Assembly (NCBI GenBank): GCA_964019335.1
Contig: OZ025671.1
Location: 1-64,000, forward strand
Reading direction: 5' to 3'
Origin: Diplonema japonicum
Taxonomy: Eukaryota > Protista > Euglenozoa: Diplonemea
DNA length: 64,000 nt
The notes beneath the pieces are model-generated. The model saw only the letters and a list, made by a program, of their open reading frames with translations, made no database searches and was not told the DNA's origin. This document shows positions 50,847-64,000 of this stretch, piece by piece. Numbering within the stretch: the first letter of the stretch is position 1; each line of letters opens with the position of its first letter. Both the position numbers and the translations under genes were made by a program.

Positions 50847-52852
50847 TTACTCCTCCTCTCCGTTGCTCGCCGCTGTTTTGTCTTTCGTCCCTTTGGCGCG
50901 GGCCTTGGGTCCCCAACCAGGCTCGTAAACCTTGCCCCACTTTGTCTCTCCAGTCGCCTTCGAACGCGAGTCAGCGCCTTCATGGAATGTGAAGTCGACA
51001 ATGACACGCGTTGGAGCATTCATGATATGCTTGGCAGCACCCGCAAGGTTAGAGCCTGGTGCTTTACCTTCATTCTGAAGAACCTTGTGCCACGCTTTAA
51101 TGATATCGTAAACAACCTCAGGCGGAGCATCCGTCTTTATGCCGTCGGGACAGCAGTGCACCTGGCTTGTTCTGTACCCGAGGTTTAGCAGGGCCGAGTT
51201 GAATTTCACGAATGGAATCCTAATCATTGATATGAAGTTGTTACTCAGGCATACGTAGAGGTGTGCAAGCTGCCGCTCAGTGACGCCAACTGATAGAAAA
51301 GGGGACAGTCTGGTAGCTCGTCCCTAGCTGCTGCAAGCAACGCGCGAACTCGCTTGTGCGCCTGTGATACTTAAGAAAAATAAAGTAAAGAACATACAGC
51401 AAAGTGCTCAGTGTCCTTATCCACGATGTCAATGAGTCGCTCCACGTACTCCTTGTCATGAGTAGGGCCGCTCCAAATGGGGCCTCCAATCTGATGTGTC
51501 TTACAAGCAAAAACTGCGGCATACCCACACGGCACCTCCACAAACACTGCATCCAGGAGTGTGCGGCTTGTATGTAGATCCAAAAGTCACTGTTGTCGCC
51601 GTGCCGTATTTGAGCCTGGGCTCAGTCCTGCTTGGAACAGACGGAACAGCTGCAGAAGGTTTCTCTTCGACCTCCTTGGCCACTTCCTCGTCGCCGGCCT
51701 TTTCCTCCTCTTTCGCTTCGTCCCTCTTCCTTTTACCCTTGGCAATCTTTCTTCGTTCATCTCTAGACTTTGACTCAACACGAACAGAACCTATGAACAT
51801 AATAAAACGCACAGCAGCATACCTATTGGCTTCACCCTGAAGGCGGAACATGCACTACACTGCAACACGTGACCGACCTTCCCAATGGAAAGCTTGCTTT
51901 CTGCCTTTGAGCTGAACACTCTGACGAACACACGTACGTAGAAGTCAATCTGCAAACTAAGCATCGGCACGATATGTTTCCCATGTCTTATGGCGTGCCT
52001 TTCAATACAGGCTAAGAGGATGCGAACAGCCAGCTCGTGGCAGTACTTCCCCTTAACTGAAATAGCGCCGTATTTGTGGTGGCACGCCTCAGGGTGCACT
52101 CCGCACAGCACATCGCAATCTGTGCACGTCACACACATGAGGGCACCCTCTTCGGCGCATGCGATCGCAGAATCAAGAAAAGGAGCCGCAGTACCATAGG
52201 GGTCAAGGTCCACAACGTCCATCTTCTCGGAGCACAAGGGATGAACCACCCTGGGGTTCTCGGTGTTGATCTTCAACAATGTGTCAGGAGTCTGAGCAGC
52301 TAAGCGCTGCATCAAGACAACCGCATCGTCGCAATTCGCAATGACCTTCGAAAGAGGCACCTTGTTGTACTTCAGATTCCGGTTGATGGCATCGACAGCG
52401 TCCGGCAGCAGATCATTCACAATTATCTTTTCGATGTCAGGAATCTCCTTCCAATAGCGGATGGCACGCAGCCCAGTAGCAGACAGACCTTCTAAGATCC
52501 TGAGACCCTTGTCCTTGCTCCTGCCCTTCTTCGTGGGCTTTTCCATGCGCAGCTCATTGTACCCACGAATAGCACAAATTGAAAGATCCCTATTAACCAC
52601 TTGCACGGGGTTGTAAAACACCTCCTGGCTGCCGTCCTTGTTTCTCCTGGCCAGAACTGCTGCCGCTCCTTCGGAGACTTTCGAAAACCCCTCAGGTGTC
52701 GGCAAGTCAACAGCCTCACGGTTCCTCTGACCACTGACCAAAGAAGGGCTGTTCTGAGCGTCTTGCTCTTCAACAGCTTCCTTTTTCAGCTTTTCTATTT
52801 TCTGTGACAGCTCGATGAGCTGCTTCGTTGCCACCTGAAGCTCAGTATTCAT
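50847..52852 (-). CDS. TRM1: tRNA (guanine26-N2)-dimethyltransferase; 4 exons (introns 51791-51822, 51362-51397, 51220-51254)
   Basis: VFYNPVQVVNRDLS, LEGLSATGLRAIRY, DVVDLDPYG, HELAVRILL, GGPIWSGP, ELPDCPLFY and SALLNLGY. Three GTATG..AG introns join the frames. Confidence 0.93.
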
Positions 52853-52993
52853 TTTGGTGCTGTTGTGACATGCGGTATTCAGAGAATCCTTAAAAATAAG
52901 ATTATGCTCTAATGGAAGGAAAGTTCTCCGCACCTACTCTTGACAAGGGGTGACCACCCCCATATTGACATGCCATTTCTAAATGAACGGTCT

Positions 52994-55900
52994 CTAGTGT
53001 TTCCCCGATTTCTTCTTTTTGTGTGATTCTTTCGGTGTTGCAAGCGCGGCCTTTTTGACCTCAGAAGCGTCTATTGTAAAAAATAAAAGCATGTCGCGTG
53101 AGCATACCGTGCTTCCGGGTGACGCGTGAGTAGAATGAAACAAGAATGCCCACTACCGACACAGCCCAAATGATACGTAAGATAATCTGCAAGCGTGGTT
53201 AGCGTCGATGCAAAGCATACCTTCATCATGGGAGACCCACGGCGCTCCCAGAATCCAGGGCACGGTTTGCTGATAGGGACGCTGCACACATAGAACGGCG
53301 TGTCTTTCCACCTGTCTCCTTTTTCTGTTTCTTTGCCACTGTTCCAGTTGCACCATGTCCAGTCTGGCTCGCAGAAACCGATGACGTCCATTGCGTGGAT
53401 GAGGCCAGAAGCCGCCCAGGCATCGCAGCTACCAGGGCAGTCCCTTCCAAGTTCAGTGCTGCACCAGTGGTTCGATAGTTTCTGTCTTGTTGCTGCTGAC
53501 AACTCTGAATACTGTGAGCCGCCGAATTTGGAGAGCTGCTCATGAAAAATAGTCCCAGCCCTCTCTTCCCCATCGGCCTTAATCTGTATGTGTTAGGAGT
53601 GACATAAAGCATACCGCTCGTGCAGTTGCTTTCATTGCTTCACTGACCCAGTCCAACTGCGCCAACAGCTCTACGTTCGTACCCATCACGGACTGCCCCT
53701 TGCCATAGACGTCACCACAGATCTGCAAATGAAACAATGAAGATGAATCCACAAGCATACCAATTCTTGTAGCTTGCCTTCCACCTGCTTCAACTCTTCT
53801 TCAAACACAGACGTGTCTGCGAACTCAGAAAGCGAGTTGTTGAACTCAATAACAGACTGGACTGCCTCCGCCACTGCTTGTTCCTGTTGGAATGAGAATA
53901 TTGTCGAGAGTGCGGCATACAAATACAGTGTCCTCGTTACCAGGGAACCTGATAGTTCTCCCTAGCACAACCTCGGTCTTGTACTTCGAGGACACTTTCT
54001 CCCCGTGTGCCTTGCACTTCTTTTGGACTTCGATCCTGTTCAACGACTCGTAGTCTTTTCTAAGCTTGAAGAGGTTGGCCTTGAGTTTCCCTTTAGTATC
54101 CTCGGTTGTCTGAGACCTCTCAGGCCACACGTTTGTCTTCCCATTGTACAGGTACAGGCCATCGATGAGCTTCTGCCAGACACCAAGCGACTCCATCTCG
54201 ATCCCATCGATACTCCGTTTCAAAGCGGCTTTCCTGTTTTACTTTAACTTAGAAAGTTTTCATACCCTAGTGGGAGGTCCAGAGTCTTGCTCTCGGCATG
54301 CCTCGTTGCATCATCTGCGAATTTATCCAGTTTGCGTGTCACCTCTTCTTTATTCGACTTGTGATAGCTATTGAACAGGGAGTCCAGCCTGTGCACCAAC
54401 GTCTCACGCCCTTCCATCGCTTCTTTGGTCTCGTTGAGCTGACCGAGAATGGTCTCGAAATCGAGCTTTGCACTCCCAATAAGCGCCTCCAGGCTCTGTG
54501 ACGTGTTGCGATTGTGTAAGGTAAGTATGCATACAGAGTCTATCACAGCTTTAGGAAGAGGCAGATCCCTCTTCTTAGCAGACAAGATGGTAACCTGTGA
54601 GTCGTACAGGTCGTTCATGTAGCTCGTGATGTACCTGTTGGTGTGGGAGAGGCTGACAGCAGACATACGTCTTGATACTCTCACTGTTCTGTGAAAGGAT
54701 TCTCTCGAACTCAGCGTCGATTTTCTTCATAAGATCTGTCACAGGTGCGGTGGGATCCGCGATGCCCTTCAAGAACTGCTGCACAAACTCCGTGCAGCGC
54801 ACTTTTGCTGCCTCATGGAGCCTCTTGAGCGCCTTTTGCGAAGGGGGTCTAAGCTCAGCCCTGTCCATGTTCACGTCCTTGTTTGTAAGAGCTTTCGACG
54901 CATCTTCTTTCTCAGCAGCCTTTTGCAAACTCGAATGCCCAGGTGCAATAGCAATCACGGCAGTCCCATCGTCCTTCAGCACGTAGCCATACTCTGCTAC
55001 TCCTTTCATTTCTCGCTTGTACCTCTCGAACGCGGTTTTGAACCCAAGGTGTACTGTCTTCGAGATAAAGGTTGGGACGTACGTAATGGGAATAGACGTG
55101 ACACCCACCCTTGCCTCCAGCACATGCTCGACCCACGACACCAGCTTGAGACCCGATGTAGTCCATTGGAACTTGGTCCCTGCCACTTCGGTGTCAATGT
55201 GATCCACAGCCTCCCGCATCCTCCTCTTGTCCTTGTCACCCGAGTTCTCCAGAATGGACGGTGCCTTCACGGTCCACGCATAGGTGGGAAGGACCACAAC
55301 GTTAACCTCTTTATACGCCTTGCTGCCCTCCTGCTCGGTTTCGTGCCTCAGGATCTGTGCAATCTCCCTCTCCACTCCGACCTCAGAAGTGAAGACGGTT
55401 AGATCGGGCAGCATAACATCTTGTAGGCAATTCTCCCCCGCGCACAGGGGGTTATGCACAACACGTTGTGTCAAATCGGCCTCAGCAGCAAGTGCTTTGA
55501 GGAGCGCAGGGCACTGTGATTGTTGTTGTTGCCGACGTTGGGCATACCTCAACATTGTTTCTACTGGGGCTGTAGTCGAGCACGAGCGCCTGCGATACAG
55601 TGGCCAGCATGGTGAATGCGAACCTGGTGGCGTTCCTCATCTGCGAACACGACGCGAAGCTTCAAGGGGGTTAAAGGCAAAAGATGGCATACTTAGTGCT
55701 TAGGATGATCCTCTGGTTCCCCCGCTGGCTCTCACCACCATACAACATCCACACAGGTGCTGCTTCTTCATCATGCCTGAAAGGCTCAGGCATGGTCTCA
55801 ATCTTCGCTTCGAGCTGGTAGGAGGTCCAAAGAAGGTTAGTAACAGAGGCCTCCACATTGTCCATTTCGACCACAGACACCACCTCGACGTCAGCAGCGA

Positions 55901-56082
55901 TGTCGGCAAGGGCCTGACGTGCACGGGCGTCCACCTGATGAGTTGTGCAAGTTGCTAAGTTGTTTAAATAAGCATACCTGTAGCCCGTCTGAAGATGAAA
56001 CAACAAAGGGCATCGCCTTCCACTCCATCGCTACACAGCAGTGCGCAGAGTACAACAGCGCCAATAACCGTAATGGGCTCAT
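52994..56082 (-). CDS. Multi-exon predicted type-I membrane protein with GBP/atlastin-like N-terminal region (degenerate P-loop), helical region, Cys/Trp-rich segment and TM
   Basis: About ten 31-43 nt GTATG..AG introns (e.g. 54635-54668, 54234-54265, 53884-53920, 53723-53760, 53584-53614) join the track ORFs into one frame. It runs from signal peptide MSPLRLLALL to TM IILRIIWAVSVVGILVSFY and a KKKKSGKH* tail. Confidence 0.65.
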
Positions 56083-57174
56083 TTTATTTCCACCTATTAT
56101 ACTTAATACATAGCAGTGCATGACAAAGCCAGAATTAATGTTGCGCCATGTGTCTTAAGAACAGCTTGCTATGGCCCCCCGCATGTGAAGTGGAAAACAT
56201 CTTATTATCACGATCGGACCGCTCCCTTGGGGGAGAAAATGAATGGTGGGAGAAGGAAACGAAATAGTCATCTGGGCTTTTCTTTCTTCCAACAGTGAGC
56301 ACCCCCATGCACACTGAAATTTTATCGAGTTTCTTTTCTTTTCTTTTTCTTCTTTTTTCTATTCAAGATGGAAAAAAAAGTAGTGCCGTAAAACTGCCCA
56401 ATTACAATTCAACCTTCTCTTCTTTTTCTTTTCTCTCTAACGTTCTATCTTGCAAAATGGTCAAAAGAAAAGGGAGGGGAGAAAAGCACAGTTCTGTCGC
56501 CGAAAGCTCTCTGCACCAGGAAATAGGAGTGTTGTGCGAACACCCGTGGACAACATGAAATAAGGAAACTGGAGCAAGGAAAAAAAAAAAAGAAAAAATG
56601 CGGGGAAAAGGAAACTCGTATAGCACAAAAAAAAAGTGTTGTGTTGTTTAGTACAAGGAGCCCGTTGTTTCTCGGGGTCGGTCTTTATCCCTTTTTCGTA
56701 CGAACGGCAAGGATCAAATAATAACAGAAAAAGAAAAGAAAAAAAGGCAGAAGTAAGTATATAAAAAAAAAAGCATACGAACAGGTCTTTTGAAGCTTTT
56801 TTTTTTTCTCTATCTTTTTCTTTTGGGAAGACTTAAAGAATTTTGCGGGAAAGGAGAGAAAGGAAAGAAGAAGAAAAAAAAAAAGTCATCTGCGTGGTTT
56901 TCTTTTGAAAAAGCACGCCGTTGTTCTAAACGCTTGGGATCTGCATCATGACACTGGCTGGTATGAACTGAACAGCGGTGAACAGCAGGTCGTTGCATAG
57001 CCTTTATAAAAAGAGTCGGTTGTTTGTTGTTTGTGCACAGCCGGGATTTGCTGGGAAAGAAAAAAAGGGGATATGCAGCAGCGGCAAATTAGGTAGCCCA
57101 GGCAGATTCGGACAAACAGAGCACCAAAAGCGGGGGCTGAGAGGCACTCTACAACAGGAGCCTCGAAACCCACT

Positions 57175-57840
57175 TCATCTCGTGGGCATGTTCCGGGATT
57201 CCGGGTTTTGGTCCCCCCCTCTGCTGGAGGCATACCTATGTGCGTGCTTCTTGTTGCCATAAAGCAGGCGCATGATGAGCCATTTAGAGGAATCCGTAAA
57301 ACAGTGGTGGTTGTCTGGCTTCCATACAGGGTTCTCAAGAGACCAAAAGTCATATGCAGCAAGAAGCTTGCGTGGTGCGTCCGCCAGCATGTCCCTGCAT
57401 GTCTGCGACCTAGTCCCATGAAACGTGCACTCTTTGTCTTTGCTTCCATTTTGTAGCAAGAGAATGATTCCTTCGAAGCACTGCGATGCGCACATAAAGT
57501 GCAATGGGGTGGCCGAGTACTTCTTGTATTTAGCTTCCGTCAGGCCCTTCACGTTCCTCAATTTCCACCCGTCACGTTCGCTGTTGTGTGTTGCAAAATA
57601 ATGGCAGCTGCAACATACCATCTAAGAAGGTACCCCTCACCGGTGTCGGTCCGGGGTCCTGTGGTGTGTCCCACACCTCCAACCTGGTTCAGCAACTGCC
57701 TAATGCGTTCCTGCCTGGTTAACCTCGACCGCTGACTACGACTATTACCATCACCTTCATCATCACCACCGTCTTCTGTTCCCCCACTGTCGTCACTGTC
57801 AGCGATATTCTTGATCACATTGCAAATCTTCGGTACCTGT
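57175..57840 (-). CDS. Hypothetical intron-containing protein with one ankyrin-like motif
   Basis: TPLHFMCASQCFEGIILLLQNG. A GTATG..CAG intron appears to link ORFs 57558..57872 and 57175..57621. Boundaries uncertain. Confidence 0.4.
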
Positions 57841-58136
57841 AAGAAGAAAAAAAAAGCGTTGGTTTTTACCACTTGTTTGCACGCAGTATAAACCCTGTGG
57901 GATAAAACTACCGCTACTCCTTTTTGCTTACAGACTAAACCGCGATTTGCCAGTCATGGGGCTGTGAACAACCTCAAAAAAAACAACACACCTCTCCATA
58001 GAAGGACAGCTGGTGAATGTTCTGGTGGTCCATCTTGTGCTTGCTGTGGTACGTTGTGTGCGCCATCTTTATTTGTAACCTGTTCGGCAGAAGTTGCTAC
58101 TGTATCAACAATAAGTCACTACTATTACTATTACTA

Positions 58137-61100
58137 TTACCAGACTTTTCGCATCACGTCAGTACCGGAACCCACTGCATTATTACTATGTGTAACTGTA
58201 AAGGGGACATCCCGCATGCACCAGCCAACCGTTGGCCCACGACGACAGCATTGCGCCTTTTTCCCTTTTTTAAAGTTCTGGCTGCTTTTCGGTGCGGTCG
58301 ATGTGGCTGGGCCTCGGATAACCTGTTCGCATGCTAGCGGCCGCTGTGTCATTCGGGGGGCTAGGCCACCCCTGGGAGGTGTCGACGGGGGAACAGGAGA
58401 GCATGAGGGCGGCAGCACCTTGAATATTGGTGATCTTCTGAGCGGCACAGAGCACGCTGTAGTGCGAGTCTGGGGACGCATTGTGTACAACAGTCGCAGC
58501 ATGTCAGGCGAGGCGTAGTCATAAGCCTTCTTGCCAAAAACATTCTTCGTCTCAGTAGAGATAGGCAGCATATTAAAGTGTGGCAGATGCTGGAACAGAC
58601 CTTCCAGTAAGTCACACTGCTTGTTGACTGCCAGCAGGTGCAGCACTGTGTCACCCAAAGAATTCAGAGCACCAATTGCACCCTGCTCGAGCATGTACAG
58701 GATGCCTTGCTCAGTCAATGGCGTGCGCAAATTCAGTAACACCTCGAACACTTCCCATTTTCGTTCGGACAAAGGTCTGCGGAAAAACGAATCAATTGCA
58801 CTCCTGTCCAGTCTTCTTCCATGTCTGCACTTGCTCTCGAGTACCGCAACTACAGCTTCGACTCTACCCTTTTCGATAGCTACCTTTTCCAACGAGTCAT
58901 CACTATTAGAAATCAGGAAGCCCTTGCAGTGCAGGGCGATAGGCTTCATCACTTCACTGCTCGAGAAGACTATCGCAGCTTCAAACAAATTCCTGAGCCC
59001 ACCCGACGCCGAACTGAACACTCCATTAGGAGGGAGGATGGCATCTTGTGCATCTAGGCTTGATGTGCACAACAACAACAGCGACACGGGTGGTAGTGCT
59101 GACACGATCGACACCGTCATAGCCTCGCTCTCGAGGAGGGCGCTTTCAGTACTATTGGTAATGACTCTGCTTCCAAGCCGTGCATACAGCAGTACAGCTA
59201 TGTACCTGTTGAGTACTGTGTCTGACGACTTCAATAAGTCAGGGCATTGACGCACCAAAGTCAAAAACACATTTTCTTCGTCTTCATTCCAAGACCCTGT
59301 GCCCCCATAGGGCAGCCTTACAGTGGTTGGTGCGACTTGGGTGCTAATGCTACAATGTTTGTAGTACGTGTTTATATTTTCCACAACGGTATTTGTCACT
59401 TCTGCAGCTGTGGGGCCACTTCTTATTACTGTACGTTCTAACCAGTTGGCCAAAACATCTGGCCGTTGCCCTTTCGACAACGCTTCACAGAGATGCTGCT
59501 CGTCCGTTCTGCGTAAGAACTCTATTCCAGAGATGGTGTTTACTGTGTTCCTTACGTGCATCACGAGGTAGCACGCAATGCTGGGCCTAACATGGGCAGT
59601 CCTGTCTTCAACAAGCAGTGCATGCTCGATGATTGTTTTACCGTCTTTCAATGGCACTGCTATGTTAAAACCGACTTCAACCATCTTCTTTATCAGGCAA
59701 TACGACCCCCGCTCAAGTGCAGGTAGCATCAGTTCACAATCTATGAAATCCCCCATATGATCACTCATGTTTTGCAAAATGCACATGGCAATCTTCTCAT
59801 AGTCAGGCCCTTCCGTTTTGGGGTACATAGCATGGTATAAGACCGACTTTCCTTTGCAGTCTAACATAGCACAGGAACTGCCTTTGCGTAAGAGCTCACA
59901 ACAGATTTCGAGGTCACTGTTCCTTGCAGCCAGCATTAAGGGAGTCATCAGCTGTTTGTCCACAACATCGATGTTCTGTTTGACTACTGCAAGGATTTCC
60001 AAGGCACAAACTTCGCGAGCTTTCGGATGGCAGTCGCTTTTCAGTAATGCATGCAGAGGGGTTTCGTAGCCATTGAAATTAAGTATTCCGCACCTATAGT
60101 CTTCGATTAGCATCACACACACTGCACCAAAGCCCCGTCGTGCTGCCTTGTGCAAGATTGTTTCTAAATTCACATCACGTAACTTATCGAGACTCCCGTA
60201 GGCTTTTTCCAAGCCTTTTGCGAGCCCCCCCGTCCAACGAATAGCTTCCTGTTGTGATGGAACGAACTCCAAGAGCCAGTGCAAAACTGAAGCTCCGCAT
60301 GGAGCAAGTTCCGTGACACCAACGGACTGGGAATCAACCTCCGAAAGCAACAAATGCACCGCTTCCCATTTCTTATACCGAACTGCGTACAGCAAAGGCG
60401 TCAACTTTTCATCATCGCGAGCAGTGAATGGGATGGCGATGCTGTATTGCAGCGCTTGTTCTAGATTCGCAACCATATCGACCCCGTCGTTGCACAGAAT
60501 GCAGTGCAGCACGGTGCGGCCCTTGTGGTCGTGCTCTTCCCAGAATGTGGTGTTGCACAGATTCAACCTACGTTGGTTTCCAATCCCAGAAGGAGGCATA
60601 CCTTAGTGCGGGAGACGAAAGACACATCTTCAACACATGTGGGCTGAGCTGTGTTACCACGTAGTGTAATATGTTGCCTGTGCTAGTGATTTACATTGTG
60701 CTGAATACCTTTCATGCCGAGGAGCTTAACTTCAATATCTGGAACCTGGATAAGCAGCAGTACAATGTGCCGCTGCGTCTCAAGACTTAAGGAGGACCTA
60801 ACCAGTGTGGACAAGATGCTGTAGCCGTTGCAGTCGACGCAGTTGATGTCACACGCATCATAGTGCAGCTGTGTGGCTATTCCTTTTCACCAGACGCATA
60901 CCGTGTACACAGTCAGAAGCCGCTCGGCAAGCTGGATGACAACCTCCTCGTTGGCAATATCTAAGCACAGATGTAGAAGCGTCTTTTGCTGCTTATCTGT
61001 CACTGAAGCATCGAACTCGGAGCTGTCCATCAAGGTACTGAGGTAGTTGAATGTTCGCTTGTCAAGATGTACTTCTGTAGAAAACGCGCTCATTGCCTGC

Positions 61101-63898
61101 TGCAAGGCGGTGCTTCCATCAATCACAACGCAGCACTTGGCACCAATGGCCAACAAAGAAAATGATGCTTGCAACACGACCGAGACGTTAGTATGACGAG
61201 CCAGAATGTGCAGTGCAGCAGTGGAACCTTGCGCCGCTGCAGTAGTCATCTTGGGGTGGTTGACGAGCAAATTGAAGCATTCCAGAGCCTTGGCAGTGAC
61301 CACCTTCGGCGAATCGAGTTCCACACGTTTATCTTTTTTGCTTCTCCCGGATTTACTTTTCTTCTTAAGATCTTCCTCAGTTGGCTTTACTTGTTCGGTG
61401 TTCATATTTTGTTCCTTCACTTCGCGTTCCTGTAGGGCTGCTAACACGTCGAGCAACCATTGGGCTGCCTTCGCCACTGTGCTTACCCTGTCTACGGTAG
61501 CATCGATAATGTTAGCTGCGAGCTTCTCTGAGTTGGTGCACAGCAAAGCCTTCACAAGGCTGCGTTCTACCTTCGGTTCAGATAAAGCGATGTGCAGAGG
61601 TGACACATGAGCAGTTGGTTGGATGTTCTGGTGCTGAAGTAACTTCGTTGCTATCGCGCCCTTGTACTTGCTGTTCAGCTTTGACAAGATGAGCGCATGC
61701 AAGGGCGTGTTCCCGTTGGGGTCCAGTCCATTGGGATTGATGCCGGGTATAGAGAGCAGCCAGGTTACACACTGCATGAAGCCCCTCTTGCAGGCGTGAT
61801 GCAGAATGGAATCGGTTCTCATTTGTGCTAAAGAGTGAGGATCACTCAGCAGCCCTAAGCACTTGCTCGCCGTCTCGTCTGTCACATAATGTGACGTGAT
61901 CATCAGGTGCGCAGCACTTGAGCCTTTAGCACGGGCAAGGGGGTTACTTCCCCGTTTCAGTAGTATTTGTGCCGCAACAAAGGCACCATTTGCCATGGCC
62001 TTCAAGAACGGCGTGCGTCCCTTCTCATCTTCCATCTCTATGACAGCCTCTAAGTACCCAACGTCTGCCAGGGCAGCTATTGTCGGGCCGGGTCCAAACA
62101 ATAGTTTTGCTTCTGTGCTTAGAATTCCAGCACACGCCGCCTTGTGGCAAAGCGACTCCTTTAACTCTTCACCACCCATTCGCTCTCCACTAGGTATCGT
62201 GATCAAACCGCACCTTTGCATCGGGTAAAGAACCTTAGCGATCCCCTTGCTGCAACATATATCAGCTATTTGCTCCTTCCCTTCTAGGTCCTTAACTGTT
62301 CCAGTGGATATCAAGCTTACAGCAGCAGCAGTCGCCTCGGCGGGGAAGTCGTCAACCTTTCGCAATACTAGCTGGATCGGCGGAGTGGTGTTAAAAGGCG
62401 TTGTTAGCGATGCATTCAGCTTCACTGACGCCTTGCACATCAGGTCGAGGGTCTTCCACATTTTGTTTGCTATCACCTCTTGCAGTGGTGTGCCACATTC
62501 ATTTGCGCTAATGACGTTGACATTCACACCAGCCGAGATCAATGCCTCGCACACACCTACCTTCTTTTCGACACTGGAGACGGTGGATACTAACGCAAGC
62601 TGAAGGAGATTCTTCCCACCAGGAAGTACTGCTTGAATGATCGAGCGCTGCAGCGTGATCAATGTTGTGAGGTGCGTACGGAAGCCGTAGGTTATGCAAC
62701 TTTGAACCAAGTGCATCAGCATCGCGGGGCTAAGGTCGTTACTGAAGCAAGGAAGGAGCAGAGTGAGGATGCTGTCTTTCTCATGGTAGTCGCCCTTGGA
62801 ATGTAACGCCAGCGACAACGGGTGTTCAACGACAGAAAGCGACCTGTCCCATGTCCATGACGGCGACTTGGTCCTTATGAAGTTGTCCACAAGAACCGGT
62901 CGGCACTGGTCGCAGAGGACCTGAAGGATGGTCCTGTACCCTGTGGGCGACTCCGGTACCACGATCAGAGCATCGGGATCGGGGCTCCTCAAGAGGAGCA
63001 ACATGAATATGTCTAGCACAGTGCTCTTACGTGTAATATCAGAAAGACGCTGCTGGAAGTCTGGCGTATCATAAGGGGGCACTCTCAGCAAGGCAGAGAG
63101 AGGGGTATAGTCAGAAAAGACACTCAGGTCGCTAAACTCACCCTCTTTTAGCAAAACATCAACAACACTCGTGTAGCATCGGCATGCCGCAATATGGATG
63201 GGGCTGCTGTACGGACGGTCCCGCATTGACCTCAGGTTGCACTTTTTCGTTTGTAAAATTGCTAATGCCATCTGTACACTCTTGTCGTCAGTGCTGTCGT
63301 ACAGCAGAGCTGTCAGCAGGGGTGTGTTTCCCGTATCCCCTTCGCAATGCAACCACGAGTCGTCTGCAGTATTCAGAAACTTGTTGCAAATCCTTGAAAC
63401 AACCCCAGTCATCCCATGTTCCACCGCAAGGCAGAGAAACGAAGGAGCTAAGAGTCCCACTCCCTCAGAATCGGCTTGAATTGCATCAAGTAGCTGCAAT
63501 ATGACCGCTTCATTCCTGTTGTACGACATCAGTGAGTAGTGCAGTGGAGAAAAGCCTGCTCTATCAGATGTGATCACAAAACCTGCTTCCAGAAAAAGGG
63601 AGATTGCACCATTCAGGCACCTATGAGACCTGCACCCCGCTGCGTAATGTAAAGGTGTCTTCCCTTCTGCATCGGCGGTGTCGCAATCAGCATCTTCACA
63701 ATGCGTAAGTATTGTAGTCAGGATGCTCAGCAGCACCGTTTCTTCTTCGGTAGTGTTACGCATCAGATAGTGCAGGCAGTTCTCGTTCTTCTCGTCCAGT
63801 ATATCAGGGCTTGCTCCTGCACACAAAATAACTTGGACTGTCACCTTGTCGGCCTTAGCGCATGCAGCCTGCAGGACTGTGCAGCCAGAAGCGCCCAC
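58137..63898 (-). CDS. Large ankyrin-repeat protein (~1900 aa or more; 5' end may lie outside window)
   Basis: Many GxTPLH/TPLxxA ankyrin motifs. ORFs 60887..63898 and 58137..60599 can be joined in frame via three 31-34 nt GTAT..AG introns at ~60.57-60.90 kb. Confidence 0.85.
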
Positions 63899-64000
63899 TA
63901 GATCAAGACACCCACAAGCCGCGTCTGCTAGGATCTCTGCTGTTGCAGACCTTAAATCGTTTTCATAGTGATGGTTAATGACAGAGAGTAACGGAGAGCA

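Overview
Eukaryotic DNA, most likely from a diplonemid (Euglenozoa). The basis is a 39-nt kinetoplastid/diplonemid-type spliced leader (SL) and host genes with tiny cis-introns. 1-39117 is a head-to-tail array (period 10,659 bp) of four minus-strand copies of a CRE-clade non-LTR retrotransposon with a restriction-like endonuclease (RLE). Its single 2990-aa ORF reads AlkB-type 2OG-Fe(II) dioxygenase, repetitive linker, C2H2 zinc finger, OTU-like Cys protease, zinc finger, reverse transcriptase (RT), CCHC/RLE, then a ~970-aa acidic tail. Every copy starts exactly with the SL exon ((A)ACCAACGATTCTAAAGCTACAGTTTCTGTACTTTATTG). So do a diverged AlkB-only relative (element B, ~39.5-41.9 kb) and a chimeric degenerate retroelement (element C, ~44.5-46.0 kb). 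The six SL copies have four different upstream junctions, and I see no SL-RNA gene array. The candidate new system is an SL-capped retrotransposon carrying its own AlkB demethylase and OTU protease. One possibility is that AlkB removes cap/SL base methylations so RT can copy the RNA to nt 1-2; this is inference. From 43 kb onward are co-oriented minus-strand host genes: Ubl-LRR, PH, secreted CX5R phosphatase, cyt-b5-like, alpha/beta hydrolase, TRM1, a GBP-like membrane protein and a large ankyrin protein. Several have 31-43 nt GTAT(G)..AG introns. Most short ORFs in the supplied track are antisense or off-frame shadows. All calls are by eye; no database searches were run.
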